Source of the DNA: Eremomyces bilateralis CBS 781.70
Taxonomy: Eukaryota
DNA: 64,000 nt
Strand: one strand, 5' to 3'
Assembly (NCBI GenBank): GCA_010015585.1
Contig: ML975152.1
Shown: positions 13,373 to 26,000 of the stretch, piece by piece
Layout: every line of letters starts with the position of its first letter
Position numbering within the stretch: the stretch's first letter is position 1
The notes under the pieces: model-generated
What the model was told of the DNA's origin: nothing
Database searches by the model: none
What the model saw: only the letters and a program-made list of their open reading frames with translations
Made by a program: the position numbers and the translations under genes

Positions 13373-13428
13373 TATTAGTAACATCGAGCTCTCGAGGACG
13401 GGATATCACGTGCATTCAGCTTAGTAAT
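13373..13428. promoter_or_regulatory. Two TTAGTAA (Yap1/AP-1-like) sites flanking a CACGTG E-box in the NFS1/RVS167 divergent promoter
   Basis: tattagtaac at ~13373, atcacgtg at ~13405 and cttagtaatc at ~13420; the function is inferred. Confidence 0.4.
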
Positions 13429-13884
13429 CGACGTTAATATGACGTTCCACGCCTCATCGTCATCTCGTCCGATTTGCTCTGCCAACGAAAGAAGTAAATC
13501 CAGTGCTTATGTACAGGTACTACACCAACTACCGCTGCATGGAGTGCGATCGGACATCTAATATTAATTCTAATAAGACGAGCTGCACACATCAAGTCCA
13601 CTTCCCTTTCTCAATCGGACCGAAGCAGTGGTGATGACAATGGCTCAGCCACATCAACCGTCATCATAATTCTTTGGTCCCGTAGCGCCCTGCTGCTCCC
13701 TGCCAGGCTGAGTGGCACCAAAACGGTAAAAGATATTCGTATCCCACCAGGGCCTCACCGAATCTTCCGGCGCTGCTGACGCGCTTCTGTCTCAATTACC
13801 TTCTTCACTATCATCTACCCTTTCACCACGAAGATACTTTGTTTCCCACCAATTCCGAGCAATCCGCCGAAACCTACAGAAACC

Positions 13885-15455
13885 ATGAGTTGGAAAGGCT
13901 TCCAGAAAGGTGTCACACGGGTATGCGCCTCTTCCGGCTCGCCCGGCATGAAACATAGCGAAGTCTAACCAACATCTAGGCACCTCAAACGTTCAAGCAG
14001 AAGTTCAATATCGTATGTCTCGGAGAATCCATGCCTGCGCACGCCAGGAAGGCTAACGAAGCCCGACGTACAGGGCGAACTCACCAAAGACCCGATCTAT
14101 GTCGATGCCGAGCGCCGTTTCGAAGAATTGGAACAGGAGACGAAAAGGCTAAAAGATAATTCGGAGAGGTAAGGAGGTCTTCGACCGGAACTGGGGAGAA
14201 AGTTAACTAATTGGTGTCTGCCAGGTATACGGGTGCGATCAACTGTTGGTAGCCTACAATGCCCGATCCCCTTCGCCTGCTGACCGCTTGCAGCGATGCT
14301 CAACCATCAAATAGAATTCTCGAAAGCCTGTGCGGAACTCTATAAGCCGATTTCCGGACGCATGTCGGATCCCGACTCGTTTGTCCAGGAAGGCAATCCA
14401 GAAGGGATTCGAGCATGCGAGGAATACGAATCGATCGTCCGGGATCTGCAGGAGACGCTGAAGCCGGAGTTGGAGATGATCGAGGCGCGCGTCATCAAAC
14501 CGGCCGACGAGCTCCTGGAGATTATCAAGCTGGTGCAGAAAACGGCGAACAAACGGGATCATAAGCAGCTCGATTACGACCGCCGCCGCGCTACGCTGAA
14601 GAAATTACAGGAGAAGAAGGACAAGACCCTTAAGGACGAGAAAGCGCTCTACAAAGCCGAGAATGATGTGGAGCAGGCGACGCAGGACTTCAATTACTTC
14701 AACGACCTCCTCAAAACCGAGCTGCCGCAACTTTTCCGATTCGAGCGCGACTTCATCAGCCCCCTCTTTCAATCCTTTTACTACATGCAACTGAACGTTT
14801 TCTACACACTGCACGAGAAGATGCAGTCCATCGACATCGGATACTTCGACCTCGCCCTCGACATCGAAGGCGCATTCGCCAAGAAACGAGGGGACGTCCA
14901 GGAGCAAGCCGAGAAGCTCTCCATCGTCCGCCCCAAGGCCGCGGCCGGCAAACCGAAACCCGGCATATCGAAATACGTGAGCAAATACGCCAAGAACCCC
15001 ACGTCGTCCTCCGCCTCCACCGCCAATCCAGAGGACGGCATCGACAACCCTCCACCACCATACAGTCCCGTCACGCATTCCTCGCTCTCCTCTCCGTCTG
15101 GCCACCTCGCACCCCCCGGCGCAGCCACCGGCTCCACACCATTGTCAACCGCCGCCGCCGGGAAAGCCAAACCGCCGCCGCCGAAACCCAAGCCAAGGCG
15201 ACTGAGCGGCGCGCCACCGCCGGAGACCGTGACGGCGTTGTACGATTACGAAGCGCAGGCGGAAGGCGATCTGAGTTTTTTGACGGGCGATGTCATTGAG
15301 ATCATCCAGCGCAGTGAGAATTCGAATGAGTGGTGGACGGGGAAGCTCAATGGGAAGCAGGGGAAGTTTCCAGGTTCGTTCCATGGCTGTTTCGATTCCT
15401 CGAATTGCTCCGAGCTGACAACCGTGCAGGTAATTATGTGCAACTCAAGTCATGA
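13885..15455 (+). CDS. RVS167: BAR-SH3 amphiphysin-like protein (Rvs167/Hob1)
   Basis: Starts MSWKGFQKGVTR; BAR domain (KRDHKQLDYDR), Pro-rich linker and SH3 (ALYDYEAQAEGDLSF..WWTG..FPG|NYVQ). Several introns, including a 20-nt microexon at 14225-14244. Confidence 0.92.
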
Positions 15456-15796
15456 CACGATGGCGGTACCTCAAGACTCGGACCTGGTGTTTTGGGTTGG
15501 CTTGGTTTTACATTGTGTACGAGAGCAGCATTTTTCAGCGTTTGAATGCGAATTAGATAAGGGATGGTGTTCAGGTAGGATGCCTTACCGCCTACGGGTC
15601 ACATTGGACGCACTCACGATAAGCATTCTGTATTGAACCAAGATTGCTGGAGGCTATAGTCATAAGGAGCAATATAAACAAGAAATGACCATGTTGGCTC
15701 TGGGTTGCTTCGTGTCGGTCCCCATCTTTATGCTAGACACGCAGCAGTGGAGGTGATGCTTCAGAGGAAATAGTTCACAGGGCCGTCCAGGAGACT

Positions 15797-18111
15797 CTAG
15801 ACGTGAAACATCTCCTTTCCAAGGCCGTTCCCTCCTCCGCCCTCCGCAACCTGCTCTGCCGCCTTCAGCAAATCATACTGAATCCCCTCTCCCACCACAC
15901 TATCCATCTGATACTCCGGATGCGTCCTCACGAACTCCCGCATCCACTTCGCGTTGTTCCACAGCCGCCCATCCGCCCGCTTCTGAATCAGCCCCAGGTA
16001 CCGCTCCAGGTTGCACCGCGTCTCGATGTCGATGTTCACGCTATCGAGATAGCTTTCCACCAGCGGAATCAGCCCTGGGAATCGGCACGACGAGGCCGTC
16101 CCGTCCCCTCCGTACTGACCGTTGATCACCTCGTCGATCGACATCAGCTCATACTCGTCCTCCACGGGACCCAGCGGCGTAGCAGGACGACTCGGCGTCG
16201 GACTAGCGGTCCTGCTCGCTCCATTTGTCCCCGGCGCACGCCCGGGTGCGCGATTATGGAACGGGTTCTTCCGGAAATAGAACTTCTGCCCGTTGACAGC
16301 GTCGCGGGCGTGGGCGCGCTCCATGTTCTCGGTGACGCACGGCATGGGGAGGTAGAAGTTCAGGTCGAAGCTGAGGATGGCGCGGGTGATGAGGACGATG
16401 AACACCGAGAAGGCGGCGTTCTCGAAGTCGGTCATCTGGATCTCCATAGAGCGGAACTCGACGCGCCAGCCGGTGCCGTCGCCGGGGGGCGGGGGCTTGA
16501 AGCGCATGTGCTGCCAGTTGGTGGATTGGAGGTTCTCGAAGTGGTCGACTTTGGAGAGGTCGAGGGTCTCGAGGTCTTCGGCAAAGATGACAATGGGGTC
16601 GCGGATGAAGAGATGCGCGAAGTGGGTGGCGAGGATGTCGTCCATGCCGCCATCGATGAGCTTCTTCTTGAGCTCCTCGTCCACGACGAGATCCGGGTCG
16701 AGATACTCCTTCCTTAATCGCGGGTCTTTCGAGATGTAGGTCGAATTGGAGGCATATCGGGACTTCGGTATTCTCCAACGGTCGTTCTTGAGGGGCTAAT
16801 CTCGCGTCAGTACTTGGCAACGCAATTTATCCCAGTGCGGAGCGAACCTCTTCTCCAAGTTCCTCTCTCGTGCGATCATCCACCGCGCGACCGATCTGAT
16901 TCCACCTCACGTCCGTGTCTGCCAAGAAGCCCTTGTATATCGGCGTCGCAGCCGTCAGGGCCATCATGATAGGGCCAATGGGCAAGAGCTGGTCGTACAT
17001 CTTCCGTCCTTCGTCGATGTTCTTGGCTTGGAATGTCATTTGCAAACAACAGCTGCCCATCCCGAAGGCCATCGCATCCATGTAGATGTAGTTCTCCTTG
17101 ACCGCCCCTTTTCGGACATCGTCATCTTCCGGCCATTTGTAGAGGTCGTAGTTGACGGTTGGATCCATCCACGGCCAGGATGTTTTTTCGTCACGGAATA
17201 CGGGCACGTTTACTTCAACCTTGCGACCCCTCCGCGACCGAATGTTGGCCGCGAGCGTTGGAAAACGGACGTGGGGATTTGCTATCTCGTCAGGAACGTA
17301 TTGAGACCGGAGTTTCTCGCCGGACGGCGGATAATACGGCGTGATGTAATCTCCCAGCCCGAGGCGAGGGAATGTAGTCACCGTCATGGGGAATTCAGTG
17401 TCGCTCATGTGCTCTTTGGCAATTTCTCGCCTGCCCGTTCCTTAGCATCTTTGTCGCAACAGAACCGTGTCGAAACCTACCTCAATTTCATGTTCAGTTC
17501 AACGTCTAACAAATCTTTAAACCCGATCCCCCATGGTTTCCCCGGGGTGGCTTCCAGCATGAATCGACCAAACTCTGCATGGAATACGGGGGCACAATAG
17601 CCATTCCTAACTAGATTAGCGAATATTTTTGCAGAATTCGAGGAGCACTTACGTCGGCACCCCTCGTTTAACATCATGGACACCTCCGCCTTCCTTGACG
17701 AGTTTCTCATTCGACGCGAGAGCCTCCAGGATGTCCGATTGCCGGAGCGATAAGCGAACTTTACGGTGTTCGTCATCAAAGCAGACGACGAGGTACTCAA
17801 CCTAAGGAGAGTCAATGTAGCTCACTGCAGTGGAAGTGCTTGTGCCTACCTCGTCACCCCACAATAGTGCATCCCGTTCTTTCCCTTTGGCCCGGTTCCA
17901 TGTTGCGAGTAGTTGCTGCAGTACCCGTGTAAGCAAAGATTGTCTCTCTGGACGATTCTAAATATGCATACCTCAATTCCCCATTCTCGTACTTGCGCGG
18001 CTTTCTTCTTCGCTTCGGGCCACTCGAGCGGCGTCCCAAGGGCTCTATCGCATGAGATATCAGAACGTTGTCGGAGGCGGGATTCGGTAGACCATCTTAC
18101 AGCAATCCCAT
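15797..18111 (-). CDS. GSH1: Glutamate-cysteine ligase catalytic subunit (multi-exon)
   Basis: MGLL|ALGTPLEW, FHAEFGRFMLEATPG, YMDAMAFGMGSCCLQ, DHFENLQSTNWQHMRFKPPP, GWRVEFRSME. Confidence 0.96.
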
Positions 18112-19379
18112 AATTTAACCTTCGAATAGAATAATCGGCAACGGGCCGCACCACATATAGTCTAAAACTTAGGGGAAGAGAAATGGATAGATAGAGATGT
18201 GCGATAATCGAGGAATCTAGGAGGCATTCATAGCGGGTGCAAAGATTGATAGGGTTGCCACTTTGGGATTGAAGCTAATCTGATACCCGCGTGCCGCCTT
18301 ACATGCCCGAATATTTCTAGGATGATGATGACGCATCAACGAGTAACCAAGGCAACCGAGACGGCTAGACGTAATTGCTAATCTGAAGGCGTAGACCCGA
18401 TCCTATCGAGAAAGAGATATGAATGAGAAAGAGGGTAAAGATTGCCTATGACGGTCGAAGGCCTGGAGTCTCGTGAACTTGTCAACCTCTAAAGGGCGCC
18501 TCTGATTCGGCGGGAACCGTCCCACTTCCGTTCCCAGGACCAAATTCTTGGCTAATACGACGTACAAGCGTGGACTCTGGTCGATGGACAACCCCCGGAA
18601 TGAGTTAGGACTTAGGAGTTATGATTAGCAATCCATAGCGGAGATTCAGATGTCCCACGCCAATGTGAACCTCCATGTCTAGTTGTCTACAGGAACCGAA
18701 TTGTTCTCGCGGACTCAGGACGATCCGGGTCAACGCGTATGATTCCCCGGCAAATGGATACCCCCACGGCCCACGCCGTCAGCTGCTTCGTTGTGCTTTT
18801 CAGATTATTGAACGGAAATACGAAATGCATGAAACTCGCCGGCTTCGGTACAACAAGCTTATTGCGGTAAAAGGAGACCGGAGGTAAGAGGTAAGCAGTC
18901 CCTGGTGTTTGGCTCAAGTATCAAAATCATATCGTCAAGTAAGTTGGTGTCAAACAGAACCCAAGTCCTTTTCGAAGCGACGTCCGAGGCCTTCTTTAGT
19001 AAGGCTACACAGATGATCTGAACTTAGGGCGTCTGATAAATCACAAATGACATGTCACATCGGCATATTTTGTTTCCTAGCCTGCATGATCCAAGGGAGT
19101 GTGCCTGAGGGAGATATTTGGGAATTACCCCAGCTACTCGGGCGGTTCTAAAGTTCCCAACATTATCCCGATTTCCACTTCCCAAACCCTAATGTGCGAT
19201 GTTCCCACCACTCACTAGGCAGCGGCCACGTACGACAAATTGACAATCGAAAGGATAGGCACATTGTCAATCCGTCATCTATCTCAACAGCGCCTAACTA
19301 GTCGAGTCGGACTATTGGTGTTAGGTAGCGTGCTTCGCTGAACATCCCAACGCTTTCAAGCAACCATCGATGTTGATAC

Positions 19380-20040
19380 AGGTATCCTCTTGTTGCCTTC
19401 AAGGGTTCGAATGGGGCGGCACTCCAGTTGCGCGTATCGGCAAGCTTTCCAACAACGCCAATGCAGGTGAGCACCTCGTTCACGATCTCGCAAGCTGGTC
19501 TATCACGAACCCTCGGCTTCTAGCGGTCCGCTCCGCCCGCGGATTTATATTTCCGACTGCTTCGATCGGGGAGAGTACTACTTGACCCGATACTGAACGA
19601 CAGGTGTAGTGAGGTCGACGGACCGTTACCTGGGAGATTCGTGAACCTAAAATCTACGACGGCGCGGAAACACGCAAGAGTAGATGCCGTGGGCTTCTGT
19701 TATGGAGGATGGGCAGCCTGTCGTCTTGAGTCAAAGAAGCACTAGCCGCTACTGGTAGTCTGCATCTCGGTGGGACATCCATCGTTGTTGAAAAAGGAGG
19801 ACACCGATGAAATTGCCGTGCCGTATAATTCTGGATTCTGAGGTTGATCCGGTCTACATGGCCGAGCTCAAAGTGGCAAACTTTCGAAACCGTCATGGCT
19901 CTCGGTATCCCATTGTCAATCACCATTTTCCCGGCGTGATACATGGCTGCCTTACGCAAGACGGCATCCGGAAATTTGGACAAAGGGATACGATTAGAGG
20001 GATTAAATGCCGCTGTCCACTGGCTCACGCGGTTTTGTAT
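19380..20040 (+). pseudogene. Dienelactone hydrolase family pseudogene
   Basis: Fragments in different frames: VSSCCLQGFEWGGTP..VHDLASWSITNPRLLA; nucleophile motif AVGFCYGGW (~19686-19712); in-frame TAG at 19743; CISVGHPSLL; HHFPGVIHGC; NAAVHWL. Confidence 0.82.
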
Positions 20041-21100
20041 CGTCCCGAATGTATACCGGTACGAGGTTTTTGACGAAACGGTCTGATTTTGTCGGTGGTC
20101 ACTCAATGTTATCTCCCTGCTGCACCTGTACAGAATAGTGTAAACAACCCCCAGGGTGAAAGCGAGGGAGGTGTCCTCAGCTCCGCTCTCCCCGGCGCCC
20201 AACCCGTTTCCGACGCAACTCGCGTATGCGAGTAACTGCACGTCGGCGCTCCCTCGACCCCGCGAACGCGCATGTACGGGATGCAGAGCCATCTCCACCA
20301 CGCCTGCAGAGGGTCTTCAGCTGTTATGTATACGCGGCAAGATGCATCCCGCGTTGGCACTCCCGCGGTCGCTTGGACGGCGAGTTTACTTGCATTGATT
20401 TCTGAACCTGACAACGCATTAGCAGCCACGGCGGGACGAGGATTGTGGGGTCGTCAGGGATGTTCCCGATGATGACATGTAGCAATTGAGATGGGCCAAC
20501 GATAGGTGGTGTTGGTTGAAAGGACAGTTTGGGAGGGGAGGGAGAGGCCGAAAAGTTGGGGGTACGAGGAATGACTTGATCTCTAAAACGAAAGTATCAT
20601 TGGTGATGAGAGCGAGGAGCTAGACTATTTTTATGAGAACTTGCGCGGACTACAATATATTCTATTGTATTCCACGTGAAGGGGAACTTCAGGTTTCGTC
20701 TCCGCTAAATAGAGAACTATTCCTTGTAGTACACATTGATGTCTATGATCTGACCAGCGCCGAAAGTCAATACCGTAGTACACTTAACAAAGGAGGCTGG
20801 AAGAGCACCATAGAACATGCCACACTGGACGGAGCCACCTGCCCCTGTGGACACCTCTTTACGATGTCCCTTCTAACGCATCATGGTCTTTTGCAAATCC
20901 GCCCGGAAACCACCGTCCCGTCCATACATAAAGTCGATCAAATGGTGTATCTGTTGCATGTCCCTCGTTGCTAAACCCCGAAGTAGAAGTACGACATTAT
21001 CCCCGAAAAACACCCAGGTATGCAAACGCCTTGCCACGTCCACAAATGAAAAATGCACAAACAGGTGGGTATATGAAGTTGAATAGGGGTAGGGGATGAA

Positions 21101-23044
21101 TTAGATCCGCGCAGGATGTAGATCGGGAGATGCCGTATCATGGGATCCGGGCTGCGGAGGTGAACTGGGACCGATGCTCTTAGGTCTTAGATTCGATGAT
21201 CCAATTGCGGTCTTATTATTAGCGCCCATCTTCCTGGTGAGCTTCGCGTAGTCTGTATGAATCGGTAAGCCTCCAATTCAACCAGTGTTGAAACAATTGC
21301 GCCATAAAATGAGGCAAAAGCATATCAATGCTCAATGTGCGAAAAGAAGAGAAACACGTACGTAGTCCGCAAGCATTACACAAAGTCCTTGCTCCATCCG
21401 GACCCCTCCTCCACTCCGGTGTTTCCGCTCGATTACAACTGTGGCATCGACCAGGGGGTGCCGCTCTCTACACGTATATTAGTATCATACTTCAATCCCG
21501 AAGTCCCGTTCTGAGAACTTACCCCTCGCCTCTTCTTCGCATCGGGTGGATACCCGCCTGCCCCACCACCCTTCGTATCCACATCATACTCATACCGATC
21601 CATCGCTCCACCGACCGCACCCCCCGCAAACATCCCGTTGCCTTTGAACCGCGCCTCGTGCTCCTGCTCCGCGATGGCCTGCTGGTTCAGCGCGAACTCT
21701 CGGATGCGCATCAAGGCCTCTTGGACCCGCTGCCCTTTTTGCAGAAGCGTGTCCACATCCGTCGGGGACGGTAGCGCGATGCTGGAGCGGTGGTGGGGTG
21801 GCATCCCATGCGGTGCGGGAGGTGGCGGCCGCTGGCCGAAGTGCTTGGCGAAATCGAGTATCTGCCCGGAACCTTCGGCGATCTGATGACCAAAGAGTTA
21901 GCGGGGGAGAAAGGTTGGAGGAAATGTGGACTCACCTCGTTCAAGGATGACTCGAAGTCGAAACTTTCTAAGTGACGCTTGATGTTCGCACCGTATGTCT
22001 CGGTTCCGGGTCTGGACCTCATCATTAGCAATAGTCACTATAGTGATTGTCGTTCACATACCTTGGCGGCCCCGCAAATGGCATCGGAGGTGCAGGGGGG
22101 AACCCCGAAGCTGTTGCTCCGCCCGGTTGCTGTCCTGGTTGGGAAGAACCTGGTTGCTGGGTTTGATGTGGTTGCTGCGAGTACGGATATGGGGGTGGAA
22201 ACTGTGAATGATATGCAAACGGTGTGGAAGGCTGTGGAGGGGGAGGAGGCACAGTGGAGGCGGACTGTGGCGGGTGCGGAGAGTGATCAAACCCGGGAGA
22301 TGGAAGCTGAGAGTGGGAATGGGTAGCTGGGTACGGCGGGAAGGGCATCGGTCGGGTAGCGTTCGGAGACGACACGGTACTTGTAGTGTTGGGAGGATGG
22401 AGAGAGAATTTTGAGTTATGTGAGCTTGAGGGGATATTGGAAAACGACGGAATCTGGTCAGGAGGATTTGGAGGCGGTTGAGGAGCATGTATTGGCTGCG
22501 GAGGTTTGCTCAAGAATGACGTGGATGACGATGAGGTCTGCGGATGTTGAAGATGCGGGGTTGATGAGGACCCAGGCATGGACTCTGAAGGGTATGACTT
22601 CTTGAACGGATCTGTTGGGCCGGATGCGGTAACAGACTGCGGAGGAACGGGTTGTGGGTAGGCATTGTGACCGCGAGGGGATGCGTTTGATGGTGGTTGA
22701 ACCGCAAAAGGAGAAACCGGATCGGAACGAAGGGCCTCGTGGATGGACGGGAGTGATTGTCGCTGAGGTGCAGTCGCTGGAGCTTTTCGTTGATCCTTAT
22801 CGTCCCCAGACGTTCGGCGTGACCCAGGGGGTGATATCAATCCGTTATGCCCTGTCATAGAGGGATCGTTGGGATAGGTGAATGAAAACGTCGTGGCCGC
22901 AGCAGTGGGCGTGGAAGAAGCAAACGGCGATTGTGATGACGGAGTACCGGCCATGGCATGGTGTCCAACGGGAACGGTCCCGCTGGGTCCGCCAATACTC
23001 CCCATGCGAGCAGCACCGAGAAAAGGAAACGTCGGGCTAACCAT
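21101..23044 (-). CDS. nsdD: GATA zinc-finger sexual development regulator NsdD/SUB-1
   Basis: [72 protein letters not shown]; four GT-AG introns; the start codon is uncertain. Confidence 0.92.
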
Positions 23045-26000
23045 GGCGGTTGATGAGTGTGCCGTTCGGTGCGAATGCTCAGAGATATCGTCCCTTTTGT
23101 TCTCGGAGTTGAGAAAGTTGATCGATGGTAATGGAGGGGCACTTAACGTCGGTTAGCTTGATGTCGAGAGATTGGCAGTTCGGATACAGCCCAATGCGTC
23201 TTTCCAGACATTTATGGGTGCAGAATGATTGAAGAAAGACAAGAGCATTACGTGCTAGCCGTGCATATTCAAGAGGTGGGGAGTCAAAGGGAGATTAAAC
23301 TACTGACCTTGGCCTCATATCCACACTGGCAGCGTCCATCGTTCTCCTGTCATGAGTTCCTAGAAACGGTGACGGTAAGACAATTGGTTTGTCAGTCGAT
23401 CGAGCTACATGAACGGATCAGAATTCGTAACAACGGAAGGCCGCAGATGCGGTTGGCCGAGTCCGACACCGAAAGCGAGATTAAGCGTTGAGGGCGTGCT
23501 GGACGAGGTCCCTCGATCGGGAACTGATGCCAACCGACCTGCTTGCTGCCGTTCCCTGGACAGGGCAGGTCTGTAGACCTGTTTGCTGATGTGCAGATGT
23601 CTCCACAAAGTCCTCGAGGTCACTCAGTCGGTCTTTAGACCGCACTGCGAGCTTCCGCCCCTCTCGAATATGTCCCCTCCGCCAATAGGCATCGACTGGC
23701 TTGCAGGTCTATGAGTGTTTGCAATCGGATGGCCGGATCGTATATTCGGAAAGTGCTCAATGAACCTTATCCGGGATTCAAGAGTTGGTTGGACGGCCGG
23801 ATGATGTACGCAACTAACCCGTAGGGCGAATGGCTAACACAGATAAAATCTGCAACCGGTAATCGGGTCGACGACGAAGGGGGAAGAGCGAGTCCAAAGG
23901 CAGAGATTTAGGGTCGGTTCTCGTTGGCCCCGTGCTGGAATATGCGGTGCGGATAGCAGCAGCGAGGTGCAAGCAAGGAGGACGTTCGTGGACTCGATGA
24001 GCGGCTGAGCGGAACCGAAACCGCGATACAGATAGGGCAGGATTAAGGCGTAAGAAGGAGTTCTATCGCAGTCGGGTCCTGAGTATATCTCCTAGTCCGG
24101 AAGAAGAAAAGGACGATGCTGCAGGACGTGCGATGAATTCTGTCCTCCTGTTGAATCGGGGAAAGAATCCAACTGAACTGCGAGGACTGCGAGGGCTGCG
24201 AGATGGAGGAAGAGTGGAAGATGGCAAAGAACACTCCGTAATACAGGTTGTAATTAGACCCAGTCATGCCAGGGTAACGGTCGATGGTCCGATGGATCGG
24301 CTTGGCCTGGGATGCGTCTAGGACTAACCAGCGGGCTTACCAGCCGCCGTCCAGGCCACTCCAGGACTCGTGCTTGTCAAGGAGGAGGACTAAGAGGTCT
24401 AGGACTCCAGAGTCCAGGGTCTTTCTGAATCTGAGGGCGTTGAGTGAGGAGAAAAGGGTTGGTGCATCCGTTAGGCAAGTTGGGCAACAGGGACAAGGAA
24501 TCCCACTCCACCAGTAAGTCAAGGGCTCACTCGCAAGCTAGTACGGAAATAGGCTCCTTGTAAGTAACAGCAGGGCATGGAGGGGGCGGGAGGGACGCCC
24601 GATTTACGATCTATCGTGGCCTGTCGATGGGACTAAGAACTTTGTTGGGCCAGATCGGAAATAAGCGTGCCGATGGAGGTTAACAACGATGACGAAGAGG
24701 CCGATGATGATGATGATAATGGAAGTAAATATACGATGGGTTGGGCAGGGCAGGAATTCACAACATCCACGATACACAGTAGATGTTTCGGTATACTGTG
24801 AGCATACTTGGGGATGCTCCCAGTGCTTGAGGTGAGTGCAGAACAAGTCGGCTTCGTATCCTCCACTACACATCACCGATACTGTGGAGATGTTTGGATC
24901 TTGGATGGAAAGATGGGTTCAGGGCTCAGGGCCGGATCCAGTAGTAGTAGTCCATCAACCATCATCCTGTCTTCCACGATCCATCATCTATCTTCCACGT
25001 GAATCATCAATGGAACAGATGCGATCTCAGCTGGGCCACCAACTGTCACTTTACCGGACCGACCAAACAGGAACTCCCTAACTGCCGGAACTTAACCTTG
25101 CAAAGATGCCTCAGTGATCACCGTGATGGTCTATCGAGTGCCTATCGCACATTGTATTACGCAGTGACGCTGGATGACCGGCATGCCTGTCTGGCGCATC
25201 TCCTGTCGCTTTCGGTGATTTACAGACTTACCTATGACCTTATCCACTAACTAGGTCAGGCCATCAATCAGGTTGCAGATAATCTGCCTCTGCAGAGGCA
25301 AGATCGGAGACTTTGTCCAGCATTCGGTTCTCAATTCAACCTTGCTCCCTGTCGCTTGAGCGTGAATTGAGCCCTTGATTCTGTCCCCGGCCCTGACCAA
25401 TCTGCCGATGCTGCACGGACGTAGGGGGCAACTGGGATGCTCACTTCCTTTCCAGGATGATCCCGAGTGTGGCCAGAAGAAACAAGATGCGATCGATTTA
25501 GCGCGTGCGTGCCGAGTGTGCAGGGCGCAGGCTGAAGGGCATACGGGGTATCGGACTTATCATTACACAGATGCTCCCAGGCCTCCGTAATTACTAATTA
25601 CCGTGAACCCAGAACACCCCCGTATTCCACACGCGATCCATGGTCCACCAGGTGCCATTCTTGAAACCCTGGAGGAGTGGAGGCGCTTTCTTTCCACTGG
25701 CGCTCTGTTAAATTCTGTTTACAGTTTTCTCCAGTCCACTTGGGCAGAGGCTGGGATCACCCCCTGATACTACCGCAGTTGCTTCGGTAATTCGCAGATT
25801 CGATTCGGTGCATCCCCATTCCCAAATCCCAACGGTGCCCGGTTCACTAATAAATCAGTGCGCATCAATAGAATCTGCAGGTGAAATCTGTTCAACCTTC
25901 AACCGTTCAAGACCACCATGGTCAGGAGCGGTTTCCCACCAATCAGAAACCATCGAAGAAATCAGGATGCGCGGGAGCTCCACAGACGCCTCCAGTATCG

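Noticed and set aside
15803..16717. 304 aa plus-strand ORF
   Set aside because: Antisense shadow of the high-GC3 GSH1 exon
19654..20301. 215 aa minus-strand ORF
   Set aside because: No recognisable domain; the real signal is the DLH pseudogene on the plus strand
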